Source of the DNA: Candidatus Latescibacterota bacterium
Lineage (GTDB): Bacteria; Latescibacterota; UBA2968; GCA-2709665
Assembly: GCA_963667175.2 (NCBI GenBank)
Contig: CAXXXF010000004.1
Coordinates: 18,361 to 82,360, forward strand
Reading direction: 5' to 3'
DNA length: 64,000 bases
Shown here piece after piece: positions 19,353-28,104 of the stretch. Below the pieces are notes generated by a model that saw nothing but the letters and a program-made list of their open reading frames with translations, searched no databases and had not been told where the DNA came from. A program made the position numbers and the translations under genes. Each line of letters begins with the position of its first letter. The first letter of the stretch is position 1.

Positions 19353-19447
19353 GATACTTCCCTGCCTTCCGCAACATTTATGAGTTCGGGAAACGCAAGG
19401 ACTGCTGCCTTGCGGCCCCTTCCTTAATTCCGTAAAAGCGCCAGGGT

Positions 19448-19732
19448 TCAGGCATCTTCCAACAGCGCCTTTGCATCCGGCATTACATCCTCAACGGATT
19501 TGCCGGTAAGCCGCAAATAAAGAGCATCCGGACACAGTTCCACGTCCTTACCCCAGGCGATGCCTCCGTTCGTCGTAATATGTACAGTTTTAAAGAACGT
19601 CCGGCTGTTCCAGGACTCGAAGACACCGCGCCCGGCGAGATCAGACAGGTCGATTTCTCCCGCGGCGCCGTCCGAGAAGCGAAGCCAGATTCGGTAGCCG
19701 CTTCGCGGCTCGACGTCGGTTGGTCGGATCAT
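19448..19732 (-). CDS. DUF2442 domain-containing protein
   Basis: 94 aa from the internal ATG (MIRPTDVEPRSGYRIWLRFSDG..GEIDLS...). Typical DUF2442 N-terminus and size. The ORF-track start at 19798 adds 22 unlikely residues. Confidence 0.65.
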   Translation of the reverse strand: MIRPTDVEPRSGYRIWLRFSDGAAGEIDLSDLAGRGVFESWNSRTFFKTVHITTNGGIAWGKDVELCPDALYLRLTGKSVEDVMPDAKALLEDA

Positions 19733-20008
19733 GTTTCCTCCATATGGCAGGTTATTCCATATCCGTACGGATAGTATACAGATTCTTTGGAACCACAAGG
19801 CCCAGAGAGTCGCATTCCGATCGCTTCGGCACAGTCATTCATGCATCACCTGGGAAATCCATACATCAATCCAGACCATCTGCGACCGTTGCGTCAAAAT
19901 CGCCCCAGTCTTCGCCGGCGGATGCCATGGCGCGGTATGTATCCTCCCACGACGGCGGGTTCGGTTCTCTTCCATAAGAGAGAACAGCCTCTTCCCTTTC
20001 TCTGTCGG

Positions 20009-20428
20009 TCACGGTGTTTTCCATGGATTCGTGACGTCGACGTCCAGGCCGTTGAAATCCGTGACGTTTCTCGTTGCAACGGACAGATCGTGGGCCCTGG
20101 CGGTTCCGGCGATGAGCGCATCCCCCAAATCCAGCACTCGTCCGGCGCGATGCGCCTGCGTTCGAAAGTGAGCCGCCCATTCCGCGCCCGCTCTGTCGAC
20201 AGGAAGAACGCGGTCCTGGTAGTCCGTGATGATCCCCGACAGCGCCGCGCGCAGTACGTCGCGCCGTCGTCCCTGAGGCAATCGCTGCAGACCGAACTCC
20301 AACTCATGCACCACAACCGCCGACAGCCACAGATCGTGCGGCTCAGTCAGAAATGCCAACACATTCGCGTCCGGCGCAGTCCGGGTCAGTTCAGAGACCA
20401 CGTTGGTGTCCACGAGAAATCCGTTCAT
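20009..20428 (-). CDS. vapC: Type II toxin VapC (PIN-domain ribonuclease)
   Basis: 139 aa. FLVDTNVVSE (first acidic PIN residue), LSAVVVHELEFG, ATRNVTDF. ATGA overlap with the upstream antitoxin. Confidence 0.9.
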   Translation of the reverse strand: MNGFLVDTNVVSELTRTAPDANVLAFLTEPHDLWLSAVVVHELEFGLQRLPQGRRRDVLRAALSGIITDYQDRVLPVDRAGAEWAAHFRTQAHRAGRVLDLGDALIAGTARAHDLSVATRNVTDFNGLDVDVTNPWKTP

Positions 20429-20709
20429 TCCGCGCCGCCGTCAGCGAACGGGATCTCCCGCCGGGACGTACGATCGGAAGGAACGTCGAGATTCGTGCCG
20501 CGCGGCATGTTGTCGATCAACCACCGGCCAAGCGGCTTGCGTGGTGACGCCTGAGCCTTCCAAATATGCTCGGGCACCACAACGAAAGCCTTCCGCGCGC
20601 CGATTCGCTGCGGGCCTTCCGCCTCGGACAGACGAAGGATTTCAGACAGCCGCGCCTTGGCCTCTGCGACAGTCCAGACCCGGACTGGTTTGGGATATTG
20701 GATGGTCAT
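20425..20709 (-). CDS. Phd/YefM-family type II antitoxin
   Basis: 94 aa. N-terminus VWTVAEAKARLSEIL is typical of Phd/YefM-type antitoxins paired with PIN toxins. Confidence 0.8.
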   Translation of the reverse strand: MTIQYPKPVRVWTVAEAKARLSEILRLSEAEGPQRIGARKAFVVVPEHIWKAQASPRKPLGRWLIDNMPRGTNLDVPSDRTSRREIPFADGGAE

Positions 20710-20866
20710 ATCGTCTCCTTTTGTTGACTAATAGTCCAATATAGACTATATTTGCAATTGAGTCAAGGGGTTTACACAGGGAATCTACAAAAACAGCCGA
20801 TCCAGGAACCATGCGGATCGGCAAACTTTGACGGCAACGCTGCCCTGCGCGCCAACGTCAAAATGT

Positions 20867-20892
20867 AAGGGCGCCCACAAGGGACGCCCCTT
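20867..20892. repeat. REP-like hairpin (AAGGGCGCCCACAAGGGACGCCCCTT)
   Basis: Same family as 5354, 5485, 20948, 32796 and 47582. Lies at the right edge of island 1. Confidence 0.6.
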
Positions 20893-20947
20893 CGTCTTAC
20901 CCCTACGTCGGCCACCCTCAACCCCAATCGAAGCCACCATCCTGTGT

Positions 20948-20970
20948 AGGGGCGACCCTTGTGGTCGCCC
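20948..20970. repeat. REP-like hairpin (GGGCGACC-CTTGT-GGTCGCCC), inverted relative to 20867
   Basis: Perfect 8-bp stem, intergenic, just downstream of the DMGDH-like gene stop. Confidence 0.7.
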
Positions 20971-20980
20971 GAAAGATGCG

Positions 20981-23431
20981 TCAGCATTTCATTTTTTCAC
21001 TTCGGGGATCGTAAAGCGGTTCGCGCGAGACGGTGGCGCGATGGCGATTGCCGAAGGTTTCGACGTCCACGGATGTTCCCGGCTTCGCGTACTCCTGTGG
21101 GAGGTAGCCGTACGCGATGAACTTGCCGACGGTGTACCCGTGGTTGGCGCTGGTGACGTACCCGAGTACGCGGCTGCCGTCCAGAACGGGCTCCTTCCCC
21201 ATCACAACCGCGTCCGGATCGTCCAGGGTAAGGCAGCAGAGCTTCCGGTCGATTCCCATCTCGCGGATTTTCAACAGGGCATCCCGTCCCAGGAAGTCAC
21301 CCTTGTCGAGCCTGACGGCCCAGCCGAGCCCGGCTTCGTAGGGGTTGTATTCCGTATGGAGTTCCGCTCCCCAGAGGCGGTATCCCTTTTCGAGCCGGAG
21401 CGCGTCGAACGCGCCGCTGCCGAGGGCAACGAGGCCGTGCCGGCGTCCGGCCTCCCAGAGCGTGTCCCAGAGCAGAAGCCCGAATTCAGCAGGCGCGTAG
21501 ATCTCCCATCCCAGTTCCCCCACGTAGGAAATGCGCAGCGCGAGGGCGGGAATGGACCCGATTTGGATCCGCCTTGCTGAAAAATAGGGGAACGCCCGGT
21601 TGGTGAGATCGTCGCTGCAGACGCCTTGAAGGATCTCTCGGGCCTCGGGCCCCCACAGGCCAACGCCGCACCAGGCGGAGGTCACATCGGAAATCTGAAC
21701 GGCGACCTCATCCCGGGCGTGGCGGGAAAACCATGCCAGGTCCCGCATCCCCGCGGCGGCCCCGGTGAGAACCAGGAAGCGGTCCGCGGCCAGCCGGGTG
21801 ACGGTCAGATCGGCGGCGATGCCGCCCCTTGAATTGAGCAGGGCCGTATAGATCACCGTTCCGACCGGACGGTCCATCCGGTTGGCGGCGATGCGCTGGA
21901 GAAAATTCAGAGCGCCCGCGCCGGCGATTTCGATCTTCGTGAACGGCGTGATGTCGCACAGCCCCGCGCGGTTTCGGGTGGCCCGGTGTTCCATGCCCTG
22001 AACAGGAGACCAGTACCGCGCCTCCCAGCCGGTTCGCGACGGCAGACCTTCCTCTTCGTCTAGCCGGACGTTGTTGGCTTCGAACCACTGCGGGCGTTCC
22101 CAGCCCGCCCCTTCGAAGAACACGGCATCGAGTGCTTTCAGGCGGGGATGGAACGGGCTGAGACGCAGGCCTCGCGGATGGTCCATCTGATCCAGCGGAT
22201 GGATGATATCGTAGACTTCCCGGTATTGCTGCGCCCCCCGGGCTTCGACGTATTCACGGGTGTGGACGTGCGGGCCGAAGCGGTTGATATCGGCGTCCCT
22301 GAGGTCGATTTCCGGCGCGCCCGAGTCCATCCATTGCGCCACGGCCTGCCCCACGCCGCCGCCGTGGGTGATCCATACGGCTTCGGCAACCCAGAGCCCG
22401 CGAACGTCGACGGACTCACCGAGCAGGGGCAACCCGTCCGGCGTGAAGGAGAAGAGGCCGTTGATCCTGTAGTCGAGACCGGCGTGTTTCAACGCGGGAA
22501 TCAGTTCGTCGGCGGCCTCTCGCGCAACCGCGAAGTGTTCCGGCGTGAAGTCCATGATCGAGGGCGAGAGCCTGGCTTCATCCGGGCTGAGGAGGTCGTC
22601 CGGACTCACCGGGAGCGGCTCGTGTTTGTAGGAGCCGATGCCGTACCGGTCGGCCTGCTGCCGGAAATACATGGCGTAATCCTGGTGGCGCAGGATCGGG
22701 TGGACGACTTCCCGGGTTTCTCCCGCCAGTTCCGGGAGGGGCGTCGTGAGCGCGTACTGGTGCTGTACGGGCGTGAGCGGGATGGAGATTCTCGCCATGC
22801 GTCCGACGCGCGGCCCCCAGATACCCGCGCAGATCAACACCTGGTCCGCGGCTATATAACCCCGGTCGGTGTCGATTCCGCGGACGCGGCCGTTGGACAC
22901 CTCGATGCCGGTCACCGTGGTTCTTCCGTGAAACGCGGCGCCGGGTTCCGACGCGCGCGCCATGGCTTCGCAGGCTCGGACGGCTTTGGCAATGCCGTCG
23001 GAGGGAACGTAGTATGCGCCATGGATTCGGCCGGCGTCCAGAAGGGGGAGCATGGACCGGGTCTCTTCGGGCGAAGTGAGCCGGGCTTCCAGGTTCCAGG
23101 ACCTGGCGGCGCCCAGTTTACGCTTCAGGTCTTCCATCCGTTCGGTCGTGTACGCGACTTCGAAACTGCCGACAGGATAGAAACAGGGCTGTCCGTCCAG
23201 GTTCAGCGAGTTGTACAGGGCAACCGTGTTCCGGGACAGATCGGTCATTGTCTTCGAAAAGTTCGTCTGGAACACCAGCCCCGGCGCATGGGACGTCGAC
23301 CCGCCGGTATCGAACAGGGGCCCCTGGTCCAGGACCACAATGTCCTTCCAGCCCTGGCGTGTGAGATGGTAGACGGTGCTGCAGCCGACAATGCCGGCGC
23401 CGATGACAACCAGACGCGCGTGGGATTGCAT
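20981..23431 (-). CDS. FAD-dependent oxidoreductase fused to GcvT-type aminomethyltransferase domain (dimethylglycine/sarcosine dehydrogenase family)
   Basis: 816 aa from ATG 23431 (GGAGGG upstream; the ORF-track start 23620 adds 63 low-complexity residues). N-terminal VVIGAGIVGCS dinucleotide fold and a DAO-like domain. The C-terminal half has GcvT-like motifs (...GLCDITPFTKIEI.G..A..FLQ..., ISYVGELGWEIY). Confidence 0.85.
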   Translation of the reverse strand: MQSHARLVVIGAGIVGCSTVYHLTRQGWKDIVVLDQGPLFDTGGSTSHAPGLVFQTNFSKTMTDLSRNTVALYNSLNLDGQPCFYPVGSFEVAYTTERMEDLKRKLGAARSWNLEARLTSPEETRSMLPLLDAGRIHGAYYVPSDGIAKAVRACEAMARASEPGAAFHGRTTVTGIEVSNGRVRGIDTDRGYIAADQVLICAGIWGPRVGRMARISIPLTPVQHQYALTTPLPELAGETREVVHPILRHQDYAMYFRQQADRYGIGSYKHEPLPVSPDDLLSPDEARLSPSIMDFTPEHFAVAREAADELIPALKHAGLDYRINGLFSFTPDGLPLLGESVDVRGLWVAEAVWITHGGGVGQAVAQWMDSGAPEIDLRDADINRFGPHVHTREYVEARGAQQYREVYDIIHPLDQMDHPRGLRLSPFHPRLKALDAVFFEGAGWERPQWFEANNVRLDEEEGLPSRTGWEARYWSPVQGMEHRATRNRAGLCDITPFTKIEIAGAGALNFLQRIAANRMDRPVGTVIYTALLNSRGGIAADLTVTRLAADRFLVLTGAAAGMRDLAWFSRHARDEVAVQISDVTSAWCGVGLWGPEAREILQGVCSDDLTNRAFPYFSARRIQIGSIPALALRISYVGELGWEIYAPAEFGLLLWDTLWEAGRRHGLVALGSGAFDALRLEKGYRLWGAELHTEYNPYEAGLGWAVRLDKGDFLGRDALLKIREMGIDRKLCCLTLDDPDAVVMGKEPVLDGSRVLGYVTSANHGYTVGKFIAYGYLPQEYAKPGTSVDVETFGNRHRATVSREPLYDPRSEKMKC

Positions 23432-23661
23432 AGAGATCCCTCCGATCAGGCGGGAGAACGGCAGGGTCCGCGGCGCAGAGCGGACGGGACGGCCCCGACT
23501 TTCAATAAATCGCTTGACATTGATATTTCCGTTGCCTTTTTTAGTATCCTGTCCGATACCTGATTGAGGGTTGCGAAAACGCGTTGCAGGCGTTTCGGTT
23601 ACCGGAGGGTTGCGGTTCACCGGAACATCTCAGCGAATCACACGAAAGAGGGAGGTCTGCT

Positions 23662-24297
23662 ATGCCATTGCGATTGGGGGACGACGCACCCGATTTTACC
23701 GCCGAGACAACCGAAGGTACGGTCCGATTTCACGAATGGCTGGGAGACAGCTGGGGCGTCCTGTTCTCCCATCCCGCCGATTTCACGCCGGTCTGCACCA
23801 CCGAACTGGGCGTGGTCGCCAAGCTGAAGGCGGAGTTTGCCAAGCGCGACGTCAAGGTAATCGGCGTGAGCGTGGACCCGCTGGATGACCATAGGGGCTG
23901 GGTCAGCGATATCAACGAGACCCAGAACACCACCGTTAACTTCCCGTTGATTGCCGACCCGGACAAGACGGTGGCCAGCATGTACGATATGATTCACCCG
24001 AACGAAGACGACAAGGCCACGGTACGGTCCGTATTTGTCATCGGCCCGGACAAGAAGGTCAAGCTGACGTTGACCTATCCCGCGTCTACCGGCCGGAACT
24101 TCGCCGAGATCCTGCGGGTGATCGACTCGCTGCAACTCACGGCCTACCACCAGGTGGCAACGCCCGTCAACTGGGAGGACGGCGAAGACTGCATCATCGT
24201 TCCCGCGGTGACCGACGAAGAGGCAGTCGAAAAATTCCCCAAAGGATTCACAACCGTCAAGCCGTACTTGAGGTATACCCCGCAGCCGAACAAGTAG
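23662..24297 (+). CDS. Peroxiredoxin (1-Cys/Prx6-type)
   Basis: 211 aa from ATG 23662 (GAGGGAGG upstream). Motifs LGDDAPDF, FSHPADFTPVCTTE, and a C-terminal extension typical of 1-Cys Prx. Confidence 0.9.
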   Translation: MPLRLGDDAPDFTAETTEGTVRFHEWLGDSWGVLFSHPADFTPVCTTELGVVAKLKAEFAKRDVKVIGVSVDPLDDHRGWVSDINETQNTTVNFPLIADPDKTVASMYDMIHPNEDDKATVRSVFVIGPDKKVKLTLTYPASTGRNFAEILRVIDSLQLTAYHQVATPVNWEDGEDCIIVPAVTDEEAVEKFPKGFTTVKPYLRYTPQPNK

Positions 24298-24320
24298 CCG
24301 GCATCTGAATCGGTACCCTT

Positions 24321-24369
24321 CAGCCTGCGATGCGCCTCCCCTGGAGATGCGTTCCAGGCTGTTTTTTTA
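24321..24369 (+). terminator. Probable intrinsic terminator of the peroxiredoxin gene
   Basis: CAGCCTG (24321-24327) pairs with CAGGCTG (24355-24361), with imperfect inner pairing, followed by TTTTTTTAT. Confidence 0.45.
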
Positions 24370-25098
24370 TACGACGATTGCGGCAATTTCCCGCAGGCTG
24401 GAAATCTCGTGGTCCGGTTCCGGAACGTTCGGCTTGAGTGCTTCACCGTTACGGTTCAGCCAGGCAACCCGGATGCCGACCCGCCGCGCGCCGACGACGT
24501 CGTCGTCCTGGGAATCGCCCACGTAGAGGGTTTCCTCCGGGCGGCTGCCGATCAGGCGCAGGGCTTCGTGGAAGATGTCAGGCGCGGGTTTGTAGGCGCG
24601 TGCGGATTCGGAACTGACGACCACGGGAAACGCCAGGTTGTTTTTCCCGAGCGCACGGGTCAAGTGACCGTGGTCGGCATTGGAGACCACGCCTGTACGG
24701 AACGACTCAAGACCGGCCAGCGCGGGCTTGACGTCATCGAAGACGGGCACCTCGGCAAATGCCGCGAAAAGGTCGTCGGTGTAGTGTTCGAAAGAAACGC
24801 GTCTGCCGACGTTTTCGAGCGTCTGTTCAAGGCTGATGAGATGGGCTTGCCGCATCGTAAAAAATGTCTCGCCCTCGAGAAGCGGAAAAAACGACCGGTC
24901 CCAGGTCTCGAAGAAATCCCGCCCGGACAAATCGAGGTCCTGTTCACGGACGATGCGGTCGCACAGGGAATGGAGTTCCTCCATGGCGCCCGCCAGAAGG
25001 GTCTCGTAAGCGTCGAAGAGTATCGTGGTGACGGGCGATGTCAAAATCGGGGTCCTTCCCGGCGGCTGCGGCTGATCGCGCGCGGACATCCATTCCAT
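24367..25098 (-). CDS. HAD-superfamily hydrolase (haloacid dehalogenase-like)
   Basis: 243 aa. Motif I ILFDAYETL and motif IV YVGDSQDDDVVGA. Start is ambiguous (Met1 or Met4). Confidence 0.8.
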   Translation of the reverse strand: MEWMSARDQPQPPGRTPILTSPVTTILFDAYETLLAGAMEELHSLCDRIVREQDLDLSGRDFFETWDRSFFPLLEGETFFTMRQAHLISLEQTLENVGRRVSFEHYTDDLFAAFAEVPVFDDVKPALAGLESFRTGVVSNADHGHLTRALGKNNLAFPVVVSSESARAYKPAPDIFHEALRLIGSRPEETLYVGDSQDDDVVGARRVGIRVAWLNRNGEALKPNVPEPDHEISSLREIAAIVV

Positions 25099-25146
25099 GC
25101 GCGCTGCCGAGCCTGGCGACTTATGTCGGAACGTGAGGGGGCGCGA

Positions 25147-26922
25147 CTATCCCGTGCTCTTTCCGGATACGTCACCGCCTTGTTTTGCGACCGGACCGGT
25201 GGGTGCATCCTTGCTATATAGGGCGCCGCCGCGCTCATACGAAACCGAAACACGGCCGTCGTGGACTTCGAGCCGCGGGACGTTCTGGTTGAAGACGTCC
25301 CGGTCCGGTCCGCGCATCACCGCCAGCTGGGCGTCGGTCATCTCCTCGACGAGATCGCCCCATCGGTTCTCGGGGTGCACCATGTCGCCGCCGCTGCGGT
25401 TGAAATTGCGGGATGAATATTTGATCAGGATGGCGCGACGGCCGATCTCGTTCTTCCACGCCAGGGCGCCGTGCGTCTGGCCCCCATCCATAAAGAAGAG
25501 CACGTCGCCGGCCTTCATTTCGGGCTGGACGACCAGGCCCATGGGGTCATCACAGGACCGCACCCCCCGGGGCACGCGGTACTGGGCTTTATGGCTGCCG
25601 GGCACGCATGCGAACCCGCCCAGACCCGCGGGCACGTCCCTCAGCTGCCAACTGACCGTTACGGCCTCGCAAAAGCTGCGGCCGTTCTGGTACACGTATC
25701 CCCGGCCGGGATTCAGCGGTTCGTTCGCGTCATGCAGGGAATGACCCGACCCGCCCTTCACGGAACAGAAGGCGGTGGCGTCGCCGAACCTCACGCCGCT
25801 GGCGCCCATCCAGTTGAGACGATGCTCCACCACAGGGTGTGCGACCATGCGCCGGAATGGATCGCAATAAGGTTCCGGAAGGCGCAGCAGGTTGGGCAGC
25901 AGCGGCCGGCCGGTCCCGGCCAGCGCTTTCGATCCGCGGGAGAGTTCCCCGCCCACTTCGATCCTGTCTTCGAATCGATCGATGGCCTGGTTGGCCTGTT
26001 CCAGCCACGCTTCGTCCATCACGTTCCGGAGGACGAGGTGCCCGCAGAGGTCCCAGAAATAGAACTCCTTCTCGTCGATGTCGGAGTCCGGATTCCTGAC
26101 GTAGATGGACGGATGGTAGACCTCCCGGGATTCGTCGAGTCGTACCGTCCTGCCGTCCGTGCGGACCGTTGGCGGCGGCGAAGTGCTCCGGTAGCCGGGT
26201 CGCCAGATCGAGGCCCTTTGTTCGGCCGTCATGGCGGACATCCATTCGGGCATGGGGGCTTCTCCGGTTTTCGGACCGGTCCCGGCCGAGCGGATGGCGC
26301 CCCTGCCCGCGAAGTCGTACGACAGCAGGCGCTGCGGACCGCTCCCCTTCCTGGGTCGCATGCCCTGAAGCAGGGCGCCGGCGACAAGGAGAAGGTCGCC
26401 CGCCTTGAGCGCGGGTTGAAGCGTAAGGCCCATATCGTCTTTTCCGGTGAGAACGTCGTCCGGGGTTTCCACGTTGGATTTGTGTGAGCAGGGCACAATG
26501 ACGAAACCGCCTGTACCCGCCTCCGCGTCCGCGAGGGCCCACACGGCCCGAACCGTCTCACTGAAACGGCGTCCGTTCTGGTAATAGTAGGCCCGGGTGG
26601 GGTCGCGCGGTTCGTTGCCGCCTTCGAGGGGCGCATCCGGATCGCACGCGTCGTCGCAGAGCAATTCCGGTTCGGTTTCCAGTCGGAAGCCCTGCCCCAC
26701 AATCTGATTCAGGTACCAGACGAGCTGGGGATGGACCAGCAGGTCGCGAAAGGGTTCGCGAAGGGGGCGCCGCCACCCCAGCATACCCTGCGACTTCCCG
26801 CTGGTATCGATCGCCGAATTCAGGGCGGCGACCTCGCCCCCGCCGAGGACGCCCCTGACAATGAGGTAACCTCCAACGTCGAAGCAGTAATTCTCTTCGT
26901 GGCTCATCGATTCGCGGTCCAT
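25147..26922 (-). CDS. Tandem (duplicated) phytanoyl-CoA dioxygenase-like protein
   Basis: 591 aa from ATG 26922 (AGGAGG upstream). Two homologous halves: NYCFDVGGYLIVRGVL...YYYQNGRRFSETV...GGFVIVPCSHKS, and EFYFWDLCGHLVLRNVM...YVYQNGRSFCEAV...GGFACVPGSHKA. Confidence 0.8.
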   Translation of the reverse strand: MDRESMSHEENYCFDVGGYLIVRGVLGGGEVAALNSAIDTSGKSQGMLGWRRPLREPFRDLLVHPQLVWYLNQIVGQGFRLETEPELLCDDACDPDAPLEGGNEPRDPTRAYYYQNGRRFSETVRAVWALADAEAGTGGFVIVPCSHKSNVETPDDVLTGKDDMGLTLQPALKAGDLLLVAGALLQGMRPRKGSGPQRLLSYDFAGRGAIRSAGTGPKTGEAPMPEWMSAMTAEQRASIWRPGYRSTSPPPTVRTDGRTVRLDESREVYHPSIYVRNPDSDIDEKEFYFWDLCGHLVLRNVMDEAWLEQANQAIDRFEDRIEVGGELSRGSKALAGTGRPLLPNLLRLPEPYCDPFRRMVAHPVVEHRLNWMGASGVRFGDATAFCSVKGGSGHSLHDANEPLNPGRGYVYQNGRSFCEAVTVSWQLRDVPAGLGGFACVPGSHKAQYRVPRGVRSCDDPMGLVVQPEMKAGDVLFFMDGGQTHGALAWKNEIGRRAILIKYSSRNFNRSGGDMVHPENRWGDLVEEMTDAQLAVMRGPDRDVFNQNVPRLEVHDGRVSVSYERGGALYSKDAPTGPVAKQGGDVSGKSTG

Positions 26923-26953
26923 CAAACTTCCTCCTTGAAATGGGGAACGGGAA

Positions 26954-27865
26954 TCAGGACACGGCCGCCCATTTTTCCCGTTCCCACTGCTTCTGTCCGA
27001 TCCTTTCCACGTAGGACGCGCCCCTGTGCTCCAGTAGCCATCCCTTGAGCGGTACGTCCGCATCCGTCGGCTGCCACCATCCCTTGACGTCCGCCCCGTC
27101 CCCCAGCAGCTGGCGCCGGATCGGATCGCATTTTTCGAGGATTTCGTCCGGAATCAGGTTATAGTCCAGTCCTCTCAGCCAGCGATAGCTGTATCCCAGA
27201 AACAGCACTTTCCTCGTAGTATCGGACGTATTCAAGCCGCGGGAATGCCACAGTCGCCGGTCAAACAGGACCGCAGTCCCCGCCTTTACCCGGACCTGCA
27301 TCATGTCTTCGAACCCCGCAGTTCCGGAGGTCCCGTTTCCATCTTCGGGCCAGCGGTCCGGCGGGATATCGCGCTTGTGGCTGCCCGGTACGATGCGGAT
27401 CCCGCCCCTGTCGGGGTCGCGGGTATCGGACAGCCAGAATGCGACTTTCAGCGAGAGCCGGGGATGCGGACGCTCCATTTCCGGTACGGGACGGCCGCCG
27501 TCCTGATGCCATCCGCCGGTCTTCGAATCAGCTTTTTCACGCGGCTCCGGCGGGTAGTAGATCAGGTGTGAAATATAGTGCTGGACATTCCAGCCCAGTA
27601 TGTCCCAGACAAGCGGGAACGTCTTCGGCAGGTCCAGCAAGTCCAGAAACGCGTCGTCTTCGACAATGGTCCGGAATTTGTTCATGAGTTGATCCGGCCC
27701 GAGCCCCTGGTTTTGGCGTTCACGCGCATCGACGCGGTCGCATGCGTCCAGCAGCCGTCCCAGCGTTTTCGAATCCAGCGCGTCTTCGACGATCAGAAAA
27801 CCCCGCTGATCGAAGTGTTCCCGCTGTTCGTCCGTCATACAATGGTCAAGGCAGGCTCGATCCAA
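26954..27865 (-). CDS. Phytanoyl-CoA dioxygenase (PhyH) family protein
   Basis: 303 aa, TTG start with GGAGGAA 5 nt upstream. Motifs FDQRGFLIVEDAL, WHQDG, VPGSHK, LWHSRG. Confidence 0.85.
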   Translation of the reverse strand: MDRACLDHCMTDEQREHFDQRGFLIVEDALDSKTLGRLLDACDRVDARERQNQGLGPDQLMNKFRTIVEDDAFLDLLDLPKTFPLVWDILGWNVQHYISHLIYYPPEPREKADSKTGGWHQDGGRPVPEMERPHPRLSLKVAFWLSDTRDPDRGGIRIVPGSHKRDIPPDRWPEDGNGTSGTAGFEDMMQVRVKAGTAVLFDRRLWHSRGLNTSDTTRKVLFLGYSYRWLRGLDYNLIPDEILEKCDPIRRQLLGDGADVKGWWQPTDADVPLKGWLLEHRGASYVERIGQKQWEREKWAAVS

Positions 27866-28104
27866 TTTGATTCCTCCGATCGGTGGCGAAAGGCGTCAAT
27901 AACGACTGATTTAGAATATCGGGCAGATTCCTAAAAGGCAAGGACAAAAGAAGCGGGGGCGCAGGGCATTCGCGTTGATTTTTTCGTCCGTCGGCGTTAG
28001 ATTGCGGGAGACTCTTCGACGCGCGGCCCAGCGGCCCGCGCAGTTTGTCCGGGCAGGAAACAGGACGTTGTCATTCGCAACATTCCTGGAGAGTGAGACG
28101 GATT

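Noticed and set aside
19186-19377. 63-aa ORF (and similar frames in the other copies) reading through repeat family 1 (DGHLCPTTP.VGQ...)
   Set aside because: Copy A has in-frame stops at the equivalent positions and copy B lacks the middle. The conservation fits a DNA/RNA-level repeat, not a protein.
19866-20024. Possible 52-aa ORF (MENTVTDREREEAVLSYGREPNPPSWEDTYRAMASAGEDWGDFDATVADGLD) overlapping the vapC stop by 16 nt
   Set aside because: No SD and no recognised family. It could be a remnant of an antitoxin C-terminus. The evidence is insufficient to call a gene.
19787-20554. 255-aa plus-strand ORF across the VapBC locus
   Set aside because: It is antisense to a clean Phd/VapC pair with ATGA coupling. 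Its composition is Arg/Ser/Pro-rich.
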